NCBI GenBank assembly: GCA_944390225.1
Contig: CALXPB010000001.1
Location: 16,408-80,407 of the forward strand
DNA length: 64,000 nt
Source: an uncultured Alphaproteobacteria bacterium
Lineage (GTDB): Bacteria > Pseudomonadota > Alphaproteobacteria > Rs-D84
Reading direction: 5' to 3'
The notes beneath the pieces were generated by a model. That model worked only from the letters and a program-made list of their open reading frames with translations, was not told the origin of the DNA and searched no databases. This document shows, piece by piece, positions 55,080 through 63,473 of the stretch. The position numbers and the translations under genes are program-made. Position 1 is the stretch's first letter. Every line of letters begins with the position of its first letter.

Positions 55080-56023
55080 CAAATTTTCCCTATATATTTT
55101 AACACTGTATCAATATATTCTGAATATGCATCAAAATCTCCTTTGTCATCAGAAGATACAGGTGGATTCGGTACATTTTTCATATATTCACGTAATTCAG
55201 ATATTGTGTTAAACATAAGAATATCTTCGTTTTCAGAAGTTGCGGCATCAGGAGCACTTATCACAAAACCGTTTATGTTTATGTATATGTCATCCAAAGT
55301 GTCAGAAAATATTTGCGATAATCTTTCGATTATTGTGCGTAAATTTGTTGTCTTTATTCCAACCGCACCAATCCATAAATTTTCATCTGTACCAATTGCA
55401 AATAATGCAATTTTTGTACCATTAATATAAGGACTTGGTTTTACTACATATCCTGCATTAGAAAATATTTCTTGTATTTCTGGGTAGTCTTGAATTGGTG
55501 TTTTCTCAGTATTCATTGTATTTTCTTGGACTTGTGTTGATTTTTGTGTGCTTATAAAATTATTGTTGTTAAGTGTCGGTAGATTTAATCTTGGTGGTCG
55601 CATACTGACCGGTGCCACAGGAGTTTTCTGTACAGGAGCATATTGGTATTCGGATGGCAAAATATCCAATGTAGATGCGTCGTTGTTAATATTATCGCCC
55701 ATTGATTTATTTGATTCTTGCCCAATTTCTGATTTTGTATCTTTTTTTGAAGGGGTATATATCTGAGTCAGTTTCATTTTACGTAGTTTTGGACGTAAAA
55801 TCGCATAAAAACCAAATAGTGCTATAAAAACAATTACGATCATGGATACATAAAACGTGTAATTTATAGGCGATTTTGCTGCTTGTAAATATGCAAGGTA
55901 CTCCCAATGATGTATAGAAAATATATTAAAACCAAAAATTGTGTTGAACCAAAAACTTGCCACCAAAGTAACGGCAACTAACCATAATAAGCCAAGTAAA
56001 ATATTATCTATTCTTTTTTTCAT
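55079..56023 (-). CDS. Hypothetical 2-TM membrane protein with low-complexity linker and cytoplasmic C-terminal domain
   Basis: TMs LLGLLWLVAVTLVASFWF and FYVSMIVIVFIALFGFYAIL. P/N/Q/T-rich linker. About 130-aa C-terminal globular region (..TKIALFAIGTDENLWIGAVGIKT..). Confidence 0.55.
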   Translation of the reverse strand: MKKRIDNILLGLLWLVAVTLVASFWFNTIFGFNIFSIHHWEYLAYLQAAKSPINYTFYVSMIVIVFIALFGFYAILRPKLRKMKLTQIYTPSKKDTKSEIGQESNKSMGDNINNDASTLDILPSEYQYAPVQKTPVAPVSMRPPRLNLPTLNNNNFISTQKSTQVQENTMNTEKTPIQDYPEIQEIFSNAGYVVKPSPYINGTKIALFAIGTDENLWIGAVGIKTTNLRTIIERLSQIFSDTLDDIYININGFVISAPDAATSENEDILMFNTISELREYMKNVPNPPVSSDDKGDFDAYSEYIDTVLKYIGKI

Positions 56024-56066
56024 TTGTTTTTAATTATATCATATTTATGATAAAGTAAAAAGAGTT

Positions 56067-56732
56067 ATGATGAATACAGACTTTTTTCTTGATGAGGATT
56101 TATATACCATTGCTTTATGGTGTCGGGCAGGGGCAGAACCTACGGATCTTGCGTATGCGGCAGAGTGTGCAATTGAACATGAACTTGACGTTATATCCGT
56201 AGTACCTGAGGCCGTATCTATATTATGGCCGTGGTTAGAAACAGAATCAGTAAAAATTCTTGCTAGATTTTATTTGGATGACTTCATAGATTCGGATTCG
56301 ATGTCAGAGTTTACTGCAAATGTAAATACCGTATTAAAACAGGGGGCCGATGGAATACAAGTTTTTATTCGATATAAAGATTTAGAAACTTTTGTGGAAC
56401 AAATATATTCTATTCGTGATGATTTGTTTTTTAATAAAGAATTATTCATAGGTATAGATATAAATGACATAAATCCTTTTGATTGGGAAAATGTTTTAGA
56501 GGCTTTGAATAAAATTCATGCAACTGGTTTGATTTTGGTTTTACCTAAAGACAAAGGTGATAAGTCAGATTATGTCGGACGTTTATATGCTGCACTGGAA
56601 GCATGGAAAAACGATTTTAATTTATATTTCTTTCTTGGAGATAATCTTCTGCGGATAGAGCAGACCAAGCGTTTGATAAAATCTATGCAACCGAATTTAT
56701 TAGACCGTGTAAAGTTTTTTATAAATGTTTAG
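56067..56732 (+). CDS. Hypothetical protein (221 aa, cytoplasmic, alternating beta/alpha pattern)
   Basis: Long ORF with no recognised motif. Its 3' end overlaps convergent trmB by 4 nt. Confidence 0.5.
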   Translation: MMNTDFFLDEDLYTIALWCRAGAEPTDLAYAAECAIEHELDVISVVPEAVSILWPWLETESVKILARFYLDDFIDSDSMSEFTANVNTVLKQGADGIQVFIRYKDLETFVEQIYSIRDDLFFNKELFIGIDINDINPFDWENVLEALNKIHATGLILVLPKDKGDKSDYVGRLYAALEAWKNDFNLYFFLGDNLLRIEQTKRLIKSMQPNLLDRVKFFINV

Positions 56733-57361
56733 TTTTTGATTATCAGATATTTAGGGTGATTTGTTTCTGCCATATTTTTATTTTGATATCTAGTTTGTAT
56801 GACAGGTATATTTAAAAGGTCTATTTTTAATTTTGTCTTTTTTATTTCTTGTATAATCCAATCGTAATATTCCCAATGATCTGTTCCGATTATGATTTCA
56901 CCTTTGTTTGCTAGATGATCAGATAAAGATTTTATAAATTCTGAGTGTAATAATCTGCGTTTTTCATGTTTTGCCTTCGGCCATGGGTCAGGATGTAATA
57001 TCCAAATCTGTTTAAATTTCGAATCGGTATCTTTTAAAAATTTACGTACGTCATCTGGATATATACGGATATTTTTATATTCAGGTCGAATTGAATTTTT
57101 TTCATCTGTAATTGCAGATAATAAAGATGCGATGCCATTCATAAAAGGCTCTGCGCCAATTATGATTTTTTCCGGATTTTTTATAGCAAGTTCCCGTAAA
57201 TGCTCTCCTGCACCAAAACCTATTTCTAGTATGTTTAGTTCGTTTCCCGATTCGTTTTTAGGTAATAAGGTTGGCAAAATATTATCCAACAGCCATTGTT
57301 GCCGAGCAGATAACTTTTTCCCGTGTCTGCGTCCAAATGTTCTTATTTCTTGTTTTTCCAT
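56729..57361 (-). CDS. trmB: tRNA (guanine46-N7)-methyltransferase
   Basis: LEIGFGAGEHL, IWILHPDPWPKAKHEKRRL. Confidence 0.85.
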   Translation of the reverse strand: MEKQEIRTFGRRHGKKLSARQQWLLDNILPTLLPKNESGNELNILEIGFGAGEHLRELAIKNPEKIIIGAEPFMNGIASLLSAITDEKNSIRPEYKNIRIYPDDVRKFLKDTDSKFKQIWILHPDPWPKAKHEKRRLLHSEFIKSLSDHLANKGEIIIGTDHWEYYDWIIQEIKKTKLKIDLLNIPVIQTRYQNKNMAETNHPKYLIIKN

Positions 57362-57410
57362 ATATTTAGTATAAAATTCAATAAATAAGAAAACAAGGGG
57401 TTATAAAAAA

Positions 57411-57956
57411 ATGATAGAGTTTCCCAAAATAATAAAGGGTGACGGGTTTGATTTGGTTAAGGTTGAACCGACGTTTGATACCGCAAAATATTTATTTGAA
57501 TTAGTAGACGCACAAAGAGATTTTCTGGCTAAGTGGTTAGAGTGGGTTGATAAATCGAATCGTCCAGAAGATATGTACCCACATATGATTAAATCATCAG
57601 AAACAACAAACGGAAATTATTATATTGTTTTAGATAATAAAATAATCGGAGTCATAAGTTTTGTTGAGTTTTCAGAAAAACATAAATTTGCGGAAATAGG
57701 GTATTGGTTATCAAAAGATTATAATGGTCGTGGTATAATGACTAGTGCTGTTAAAATGCTTGAAAAATTTGCTTTTGAGGTATTGGGTATGAATCGTGTT
57801 GTGATAAAAGCAGATTTTGAAAATAAAAAATCGCGGGCTATTCCGGAAAGGTGCGGATATAAAGAAGAGGGCGTGCTTCGTCAAACTAGAATATTACGTG
57901 GGGTTTTGCGTGATATAGTTGTTTACTCGAAATTAAAATCAGAATGGGAAAAATAA
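57411..57956 (+). CDS. GNAT family N-acetyltransferase (RimJ/RimL-like)
   Basis: ..IGYWLSKDYNGRGIMTSAVKMLEKFAFE..GMNRVVIKADFENKKSRAIPERCGYKEEG. Confidence 0.8.
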   Translation: MIEFPKIIKGDGFDLVKVEPTFDTAKYLFELVDAQRDFLAKWLEWVDKSNRPEDMYPHMIKSSETTNGNYYIVLDNKIIGVISFVEFSEKHKFAEIGYWLSKDYNGRGIMTSAVKMLEKFAFEVLGMNRVVIKADFENKKSRAIPERCGYKEEGVLRQTRILRGVLRDIVVYSKLKSEWEK

Positions 57957-57957
57957 A

Positions 57958-59532
57958 ATGCGTAATGGGTTAAGTAAAGATTTAATTACTCGTGTTTTGG
58001 GCGCGGAGCCTAAATACACGTTGGTAGAACTGGAAGAAAAATATCCGTTGCGCGATTTGCCAGATGGGGCTTTTGTAACGCGATTCGCACCAAGCCCAAC
58101 CGGATATATGCATATAGGTGGTTTATATCAGGCGTTGATAGATTGTAAATTGGCTCTACAATCTGGTGGAGTTTTTATGCTTCGTATAGAAGATACCGAT
58201 ACAAAACGAGAAGTTGAAGACGCAGTTAAGATAATAGAGGACTCTATCCATCGGTTCGGTCTGAAATATAATAATGATGAAAAGTATGGACCATATTACC
58301 AATCGAAACGTAAAGATATTTATCATAGCGTTGCTGCAGATTTATTGGCACGTGGCTTGGCATATCCTTGCTTTTTGACGGCAGAAGATATGGATAAAAT
58401 TCGTGAAAAACAAAAGGCTGCTGGCTTTGCAACAGGTATTTATGGCGAGTTTGCACGTGACCGTGATTTAACAGAAGAAGAAATAATTGCGCATTTGGAT
58501 AATGGTGAAATACCAACGATTCGTTTATATTCAATGGGTAACCCAGAGAATAGAATTTTTTGCAAAGACGCCGTGCGCGGCTCTATCGGATTTCCTGAAA
58601 ATAACGAAGATATCGTTTTGATAAAATCTAATGATGGGTTACCAACTTATCACTTTGCGCATTTATGCGATGACCATTTTATGCGTACTACGCACGTGGT
58701 GCGTGGAGAAGAATGGTTGCCTTCGTTCCCGCTACATATACAGTTGTTTCGTATGATGGGGTGGACACCGCCTATGTATATTCATACATCTACTATTGAT
58801 AAAATTGATTCGGAAACAGGTAAACAAAGAAAATTATCAAAACGTCATGATCCAGAGGCAAATGTTGCATTCTTCTTAGCAGACGGTTGGCCGACCGAGG
58901 CTGTGTTGGAGTATCTCGGTAATATTGCCGCATCTGGTTATGAAGAAGCAAAAGCAAAAGGGCAGGTTAAATCAATTTGGGACTATGAAATGAAACCAAA
59001 GAAAATACCAATGTCTGGTGCGTTGTTTGATATGAAAAAATTAGAATGGTGGTCAAAAGAATTTATCGCGTCGTTGCCCGTTGAAGAACTTGTTAAGCGC
59101 GTCGTTACTTGGGCGGATGAATATGATGCACAGTGGGCGGCACGAATCGCAGTCAATCCAGAATACTTAAAAAGTATTTTGGCAATTGAACGAGATAATC
59201 CAAAACGTATTCGTAAAGATTTTATTACTTGGAAGCAAACTTTACAGGAAATATCTTACTTCTGGGACGATTTGTTTGCTCCAAATAAAGAGTATAATTT
59301 TAATTCTGATTTATTATCTGCATTTTTAGAAAACTTTGATATAGCAGACGATAAAGACGTTTGGTGGGGAAAGATAGTTTCAATTGCGACAGAAAAAGGT
59401 GTAAGTAATGGAGAGGTTGCAATGAACCTGCGCGTTGCGCTGACAGGTCGCACGAATACACCAGACTTGTATTCTATTATGCAGGTTATGGGGCAAGAAC
59501 GTGTTGTGCAAGGAGTAAAAAATGCAATTTAA
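57958..59532 (+). CDS. gltX: Glutamate--tRNA ligase
   Basis: RFAPSPTGYMHIGG (HIGH), KLSKRHD (KMSKS). 524 aa. Starts 1 nt after the GNAT stop. Confidence 0.85.
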   Translation: MRNGLSKDLITRVLGAEPKYTLVELEEKYPLRDLPDGAFVTRFAPSPTGYMHIGGLYQALIDCKLALQSGGVFMLRIEDTDTKREVEDAVKIIEDSIHRFGLKYNNDEKYGPYYQSKRKDIYHSVAADLLARGLAYPCFLTAEDMDKIREKQKAAGFATGIYGEFARDRDLTEEEIIAHLDNGEIPTIRLYSMGNPENRIFCKDAVRGSIGFPENNEDIVLIKSNDGLPTYHFAHLCDDHFMRTTHVVRGEEWLPSFPLHIQLFRMMGWTPPMYIHTSTIDKIDSETGKQRKLSKRHDPEANVAFFLADGWPTEAVLEYLGNIAASGYEEAKAKGQVKSIWDYEMKPKKIPMSGALFDMKKLEWWSKEFIASLPVEELVKRVVTWADEYDAQWAARIAVNPEYLKSILAIERDNPKRIRKDFITWKQTLQEISYFWDDLFAPNKEYNFNSDLLSAFLENFDIADDKDVWWGKIVSIATEKGVSNGEVAMNLRVALTGRTNTPDLYSIMQVMGQERVVQGVKNAI

Positions 59533-60538
59533 ACCAGACGAAACTTTAATTGATATGGGAAAGCCAACGGAAGCTGGTATGCGTCGGCCACCGTATGTTG
59601 CAGTATTTGAACGAGACGGAAAAAAATTATTTTATTTAGCGGAAACGCATTCGACTGTCGAATCGTTTAATATGGTTAATGATTGCTTTAAACATAAAGA
59701 TTTGCCTGATGTTTTTGTTGTTGAGTATGAAAGTTCCGGGCGAAAACTACATGATTTAGATAGCGATGCATTGGTATCTCGTATAAAGTTTTATAACATA
59801 TTATCGGCGATGCAAAAATTGGAACCCGGTAAAGAATTTACAATTAGTAGTGATAAGAGTTTGAATACATTAGAGTACGGAGCGGCTATGGCCACAAGTC
59901 TGGGTGTTCCAGTCGTCTTGGCAGATATTGGGCACGATGCGTGTCAAGCGGCATTAAATGATGCATTTCCTGGGCATAAAATAGATGTTCGGGCAGCGGT
60001 TGCGGCGACGCCGAAAACTGGATGTACTAATATGGTTAAGGCGTTTGAGCTTCAGGTTTTTAATGCATTGCAAGAAATTTATCCCGGTTATAAATTTGAT
60101 AGGCAGAAATTATTGCGTGTTTTTAATGCTGGATGCGGGGAAAATTGTAATGTAGCGGATATTTCGGTTCAAAAGTTATTACGACGAAATATGGTACGCG
60201 CATGGAATGAAAATTTCCCAGATTTACCAATTGATATTAATGGTATGAATAATATTTTGAATTCAAAGTGGGTTCAGGATTTTGAGTTTTTGAAACAAAA
60301 TCCAAATGCATATCTGCAAATGACTATGCTGTTTCGTGATACGTATATGTTGAATCAAATTGCTGATGCGTTAAATAAAAATGATACTGTATGGTGTCAT
60401 TTTGGTGAAGGGCATTTCCGCAGCCAGTATAAAAATCTTGTTAAGTGGATGGGTATGCCAAAATATTATATTGATTATGCGAATAATCGTAAAAATAAAG
60501 TAAATTTAAAGCAATTGGAACAGGAGTACGATAAATGA
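59522..60538 (+). CDS. Hypothetical protein (338 aa), translationally coupled between gltX and the hemolysin-III gene
   Basis: Overlaps gltX by 11 nt and hlyIII by 4 nt. LFYLAETHS near the N-terminus and VWCHFGEGHF near the C-terminus faintly resemble the Tiki/ChaN/TraB-GumN superfamily. Confidence 0.5.
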   Translation: MQFKPDETLIDMGKPTEAGMRRPPYVAVFERDGKKLFYLAETHSTVESFNMVNDCFKHKDLPDVFVVEYESSGRKLHDLDSDALVSRIKFYNILSAMQKLEPGKEFTISSDKSLNTLEYGAAMATSLGVPVVLADIGHDACQAALNDAFPGHKIDVRAAVAATPKTGCTNMVKAFELQVFNALQEIYPGYKFDRQKLLRVFNAGCGENCNVADISVQKLLRRNMVRAWNENFPDLPIDINGMNNILNSKWVQDFEFLKQNPNAYLQMTMLFRDTYMLNQIADALNKNDTVWCHFGEGHFRSQYKNLVKWMGMPKYYIDYANNRKNKVNLKQLEQEYDK

Positions 60539-61290
60539 CAAAAACAACAAAAGTTATACGTAAAAAACTGAAAGAAGTAAAGCATAATCCTCGTGGTAAT
60601 CGTTTGTTGCGCATTCTACGTGCTACGGGCTTGTTTCGCTGGGAAAGACCCTCAACAAAATCAGAAGAAGTATTAAATATACTTACGCATGGTATAGGTA
60701 TCGGCTTGGCAATAGCAGGATTAACGTTATTAGTTGTATTCGCTGCTTTGGCAGGTAATGTGTGGGCTATCGTTTCTTGCGCTATTTTCGGTTTGACTAT
60801 GTTTACATTATATTTCGGTTCAACTATGTGTCATGCAACAATAGGACAGAAAAGTGAGTGTTTTTTTGAGGTTTGGGATAGTGTTGCCATCTATGCCTTG
60901 ATAGCCGGCACATACACGCCTTTTTTACTAGTTAATTTACGTGGTTGGATTGGGTGGACTGTTTTTGGAATATTGTGGGCGGTAGTTGTATTCGGAGCAA
61001 TCATGAAAATTCGTAATCCAAAACAGCAACCGAAGTGGATGGTTGCATTATATCTGATTATGGGTTGGACTCTGTTGTTCATTTTACCGGCAATGTTACG
61101 TTCTATACCTGTGCGAGGTTTGTGGTTCATTTTAGCCGGAGGTTTGTCGTATACTTTGGGGGTTATTTTTTACTTGTGGCGTAAAATGAAGTACTCTCAT
61201 GCAATTTGGCATATATTTGTAATTGGAGGAAGTGTCTGTTTCTTTTTCGCGGTTTTGTTCGGTTGTATCATAGATTTTCATGTTTTATAA
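60535..61290 (+). CDS. Hemolysin III / PAQR family membrane protein
   Basis: 7 TM. EVLNILTHGIG.., STMCHA.., YSHAIWHIFVIGGS. Confidence 0.85.
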   Translation: MTKTTKVIRKKLKEVKHNPRGNRLLRILRATGLFRWERPSTKSEEVLNILTHGIGIGLAIAGLTLLVVFAALAGNVWAIVSCAIFGLTMFTLYFGSTMCHATIGQKSECFFEVWDSVAIYALIAGTYTPFLLVNLRGWIGWTVFGILWAVVVFGAIMKIRNPKQQPKWMVALYLIMGWTLLFILPAMLRSIPVRGLWFILAGGLSYTLGVIFYLWRKMKYSHAIWHIFVIGGSVCFFFAVLFGCIIDFHVL

Positions 61291-61332
61291 AAGTTGACTT
61301 ATTTTAATAACAGTATTAATATATTTATTGAT

Positions 61333-61386
61333 ATGATAAAAAATATATTGTTCTTTATCACAGCAACAACCCCTTTGGGGGTGTAG
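61333..61386 (+). promoter_or_regulatory. Candidate thrS leader ORF (17 codons, MIKNILFFITATTPLGV) with Thr codons forming the 5' arm of a terminator-like hairpin
   Basis: ACA GCA ACA ACC CCT TTG GGG GTG TAG. Inner CCCC/GGGG hairpin. Outer stem ACAGCAA (61360-61366) / TTGCTGT (61394-61400) plus TTTTCTT. TTGACT (61294-61299), 17-nt spacer, TAATAT (61317-61322), ending 10 nt before the ATG. Confidence 0.4.
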
Positions 61387-61407
61387 TTTCTATTTGCTGT
61401 TTTTCTT
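61360..61407 (+). terminator. Compound hairpin plus U-tract between hlyIII and thrS (terminator or attenuator)
   Basis: 7-bp outer stem enclosing a CCCC-TTTG-GGGG hairpin, followed by TTTTCTT. Confidence 0.55.
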
Positions 61408-61456
61408 ATGTAATGTATAATTAAAATACTATAATTATAAAAATAAGGGTTTTATT

Positions 61457-63190
61457 ATGTCTTATCCAATCGAAACGGTACGTCATTCTCTGGCGCATGT
61501 TATGGCGGCTGCGGTACAGAAACTTTATCCGGATGTAAAATTTGCCGGTGGACCAGCAATTGAAAACGGTTTTTATTATGACTTTGATACAGAACATCGT
61601 TTTTCAGAAGAAGATTTTGCAAAAATAGAAAAAGAAATGCGCGACTTGATAAAGTCAAACGGCAAATTTGAACAACGTAATGTAAGTCTGAACGAAGCCA
61701 AAGAAATTTTTGCAAATCAACCTTATAAAATGGAATGGTTAAATGAATATGATGCAGCAGGCGAGGATTTGTCTATTTATAAATTCCGAGACTTTACGGA
61801 TTTATGTCGCGGGCCGCACGTTGAAACTTCCAAAGATTTACCACGTGACAGTTTCAAAATTCGTAATGTCGCAGGGGCATACTGGAAAGGCGATTCGAAA
61901 AATAAGATGTTACAACGAATTTATGTAGATGCTTTTGCAAGTAAAGAAGAACTTGATCAACATCTGAAAAATATGGAAGCAGCCGCCGCTCGTGATAATC
62001 GTAAACTTGGTAAAGATATGGACTTGTTCCATTTTGAACCAGATTATGCACCGGGGGCTGTTTTTTGGCATGACAAGGGCTATAAAATATATCGTAAACT
62101 TATAGAATACGTTCGTCATCGTCAAGAGCTGGCAGGTTATCAAGAAATTTCTACTCCATCCGTTATGGATAGGTCTTTGTGGGAACGCAGCGGTCACTGG
62201 GCTAAATATGGGGAACATAATTATTCTGGAAAAACTCAAGATGGTAAAACATTCTGTGTTAAGCCAATGTCTTGCCCAGGGGGTATGTTGGTATTCGGGC
62301 AGGGCATTAAATCTTATAAAGATTTGCCGTTGTATTTGGCAGAATTCGGAAAAGTTAATCGTTACGAAGCGGCTGGCGGATTGTCCGGACTGATGCGCGT
62401 TCGTGAATTTACGCAAGACGATGCACATATTTTCTGCACGGAAGAACAATTAGAAGAAGAAGTTGTTAAAATATTGCGCTTTATTAAAGATATTTATTCC
62501 AAATTCGGCTTTGAAAAAATTTCTACTAAATTAGCAACGCGTAAAGAATCTGAATTCCGTATCGGTTCAGATGAAATTTGGGATAAGGCCGAAGGGGCTT
62601 TAAAGCATGCTTTGGATGCAAATGGTATCGAATATGAAATTGCAAAAGGTGACGCCGCTTTTTATGGTCCTAAAATAGACATTTATTTAAAAGATTCTAT
62701 CGGACGTACTTGGCAATGCGGTACTGTGCAGTTGGATATGAATTTGCCTGAACGCTTTGATTTGTCCTATATAGGCGAAGATGGCGAAAAGCATCGCCCA
62801 ATTATGTTACACCGTGCAATGCTGGGTTCAATTGAACGTTTTATGGGCGTTTTGTTAGAATCAACAGGTGGTAATTTACCGTTATGGTTATCGCCAGAGC
62901 CCGTCGTTGTGACCCCTATTTCCGAGAAGTTCAAAGATTATGCAATAGAGATAGTTGATGAATTGCGTAAGAACGGTGTTTATTGTCGTGCAGATTTGCG
63001 TGATGAAAAAGTTAATTATAAAATTCGTGAATTATCTTTGGCTAAAACTCCTATCATCGCAATCGTCGGTGAAAAGGAGGCAGCAGATAAAATGGTAACT
63101 TTACGTTATCTTGGAATAGAAAAACAGGAAACGAAACCGTTGGCAGAATTTGTAGAACAAATGAAACGCGATACAAAAATGCCTTTGTGA
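61457..63190 (+). CDS. thrS: Threonine--tRNA ligase lacking the N-terminal TGS domain
   Basis: Starts at the editing-domain HxxxH region (VRHSLAHVMAAAV). Class II core (FRDFTDLCRGPH, RVREFTQDDAHIF, GSIERF). 577 aa. SD AAGGG. Confidence 0.9.
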   Translation: MSYPIETVRHSLAHVMAAAVQKLYPDVKFAGGPAIENGFYYDFDTEHRFSEEDFAKIEKEMRDLIKSNGKFEQRNVSLNEAKEIFANQPYKMEWLNEYDAAGEDLSIYKFRDFTDLCRGPHVETSKDLPRDSFKIRNVAGAYWKGDSKNKMLQRIYVDAFASKEELDQHLKNMEAAAARDNRKLGKDMDLFHFEPDYAPGAVFWHDKGYKIYRKLIEYVRHRQELAGYQEISTPSVMDRSLWERSGHWAKYGEHNYSGKTQDGKTFCVKPMSCPGGMLVFGQGIKSYKDLPLYLAEFGKVNRYEAAGGLSGLMRVREFTQDDAHIFCTEEQLEEEVVKILRFIKDIYSKFGFEKISTKLATRKESEFRIGSDEIWDKAEGALKHALDANGIEYEIAKGDAAFYGPKIDIYLKDSIGRTWQCGTVQLDMNLPERFDLSYIGEDGEKHRPIMLHRAMLGSIERFMGVLLESTGGNLPLWLSPEPVVVTPISEKFKDYAIEIVDELRKNGVYCRADLRDEKVNYKIRELSLAKTPIIAIVGEKEAADKMVTLRYLGIEKQETKPLAEFVEQMKRDTKMPL

Positions 63191-63203
63191 TATAAAAAAA
63201 TAT

Positions 63204-63227
63204 GGCGCGTTTCTTTACGCGCCTTTA
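63204..63227 (+). terminator. Hairpin after thrS
   Basis: GGCGCG-TTTCTTTA-CGCGCC followed by a short T tract. Confidence 0.5.
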
Positions 63228-63257
63228 TAATTACTATGTAAAAGAAAGGGAATATAT

Positions 63258-63401
63258 ATGAAAAAAATATTTTTTTTGGTTTTTGTTTTAGTTACACCTA
63301 TGGTGTTATCTGCTTGTGCGACTAAGTGCGAGACCGAGCCTATTGTAGAGGAAAATCATAAATTGATTGTACCACCTAATTTTGGACAAAAGCCAAAATA
63401 A
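63258..63401 (+). CDS. Small lipoprotein (47 aa), not in ORF track
   Basis: MKKIFFLVFVLVTPMVLSAC.. lipobox LSAC. SD AAGGGAA. ..LIVPPNFGQKPK. Confidence 0.55.
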   Translation: MKKIFFLVFVLVTPMVLSACATKCETEPIVEENHKLIVPPNFGQKPK

Positions 63402-63473
63402 TGTATAGATATTCTTTGTTAAGTGGCTTTTTTTGTGATATAATTAGCACAAAGAACAAATGGGAGAGTCCAG

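Noticed and set aside
61401-61440. Possible dif site (ATGTAATGTATAATTAAAAT resembles the TGTATA central region of dif).
   Set aside because: Only the central hexamer matches. Both the XerC and XerD binding arms fit the GGTGCGCATAA / TTATGTTAAAT consensus poorly. The resemblance is most likely AT-rich promoter DNA.
61291-61456. T-box riboswitch or E. coli-type thrS operator upstream of thrS (also checked upstream of serS).
   Set aside because: No T-box consensus (AGGGTGGNACCGCG-like), specifier-loop architecture or anticodon-arm mimic (CGU-containing loops next to the SD) is recognisable. The region is too short (166 nt) for a T-box.
61910-62449. Long antisense ORFs inside well-supported genes: 179 aa antisense to thrS, 14615..15025 antisense to ruvA, 27631..27975 and 27355..27630 antisense to typA, 39211..39597 antisense to secD, 13660..14016 antisense to mnmE, 33955..34485 across xerD/lptFG.
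   Set aside because: Each is fully embedded opposite a CDS with unmistakable family motifs. They have skewed low-complexity composition and lack SD sequences. This is typical shadow-ORF behaviour in AT-rich DNA.
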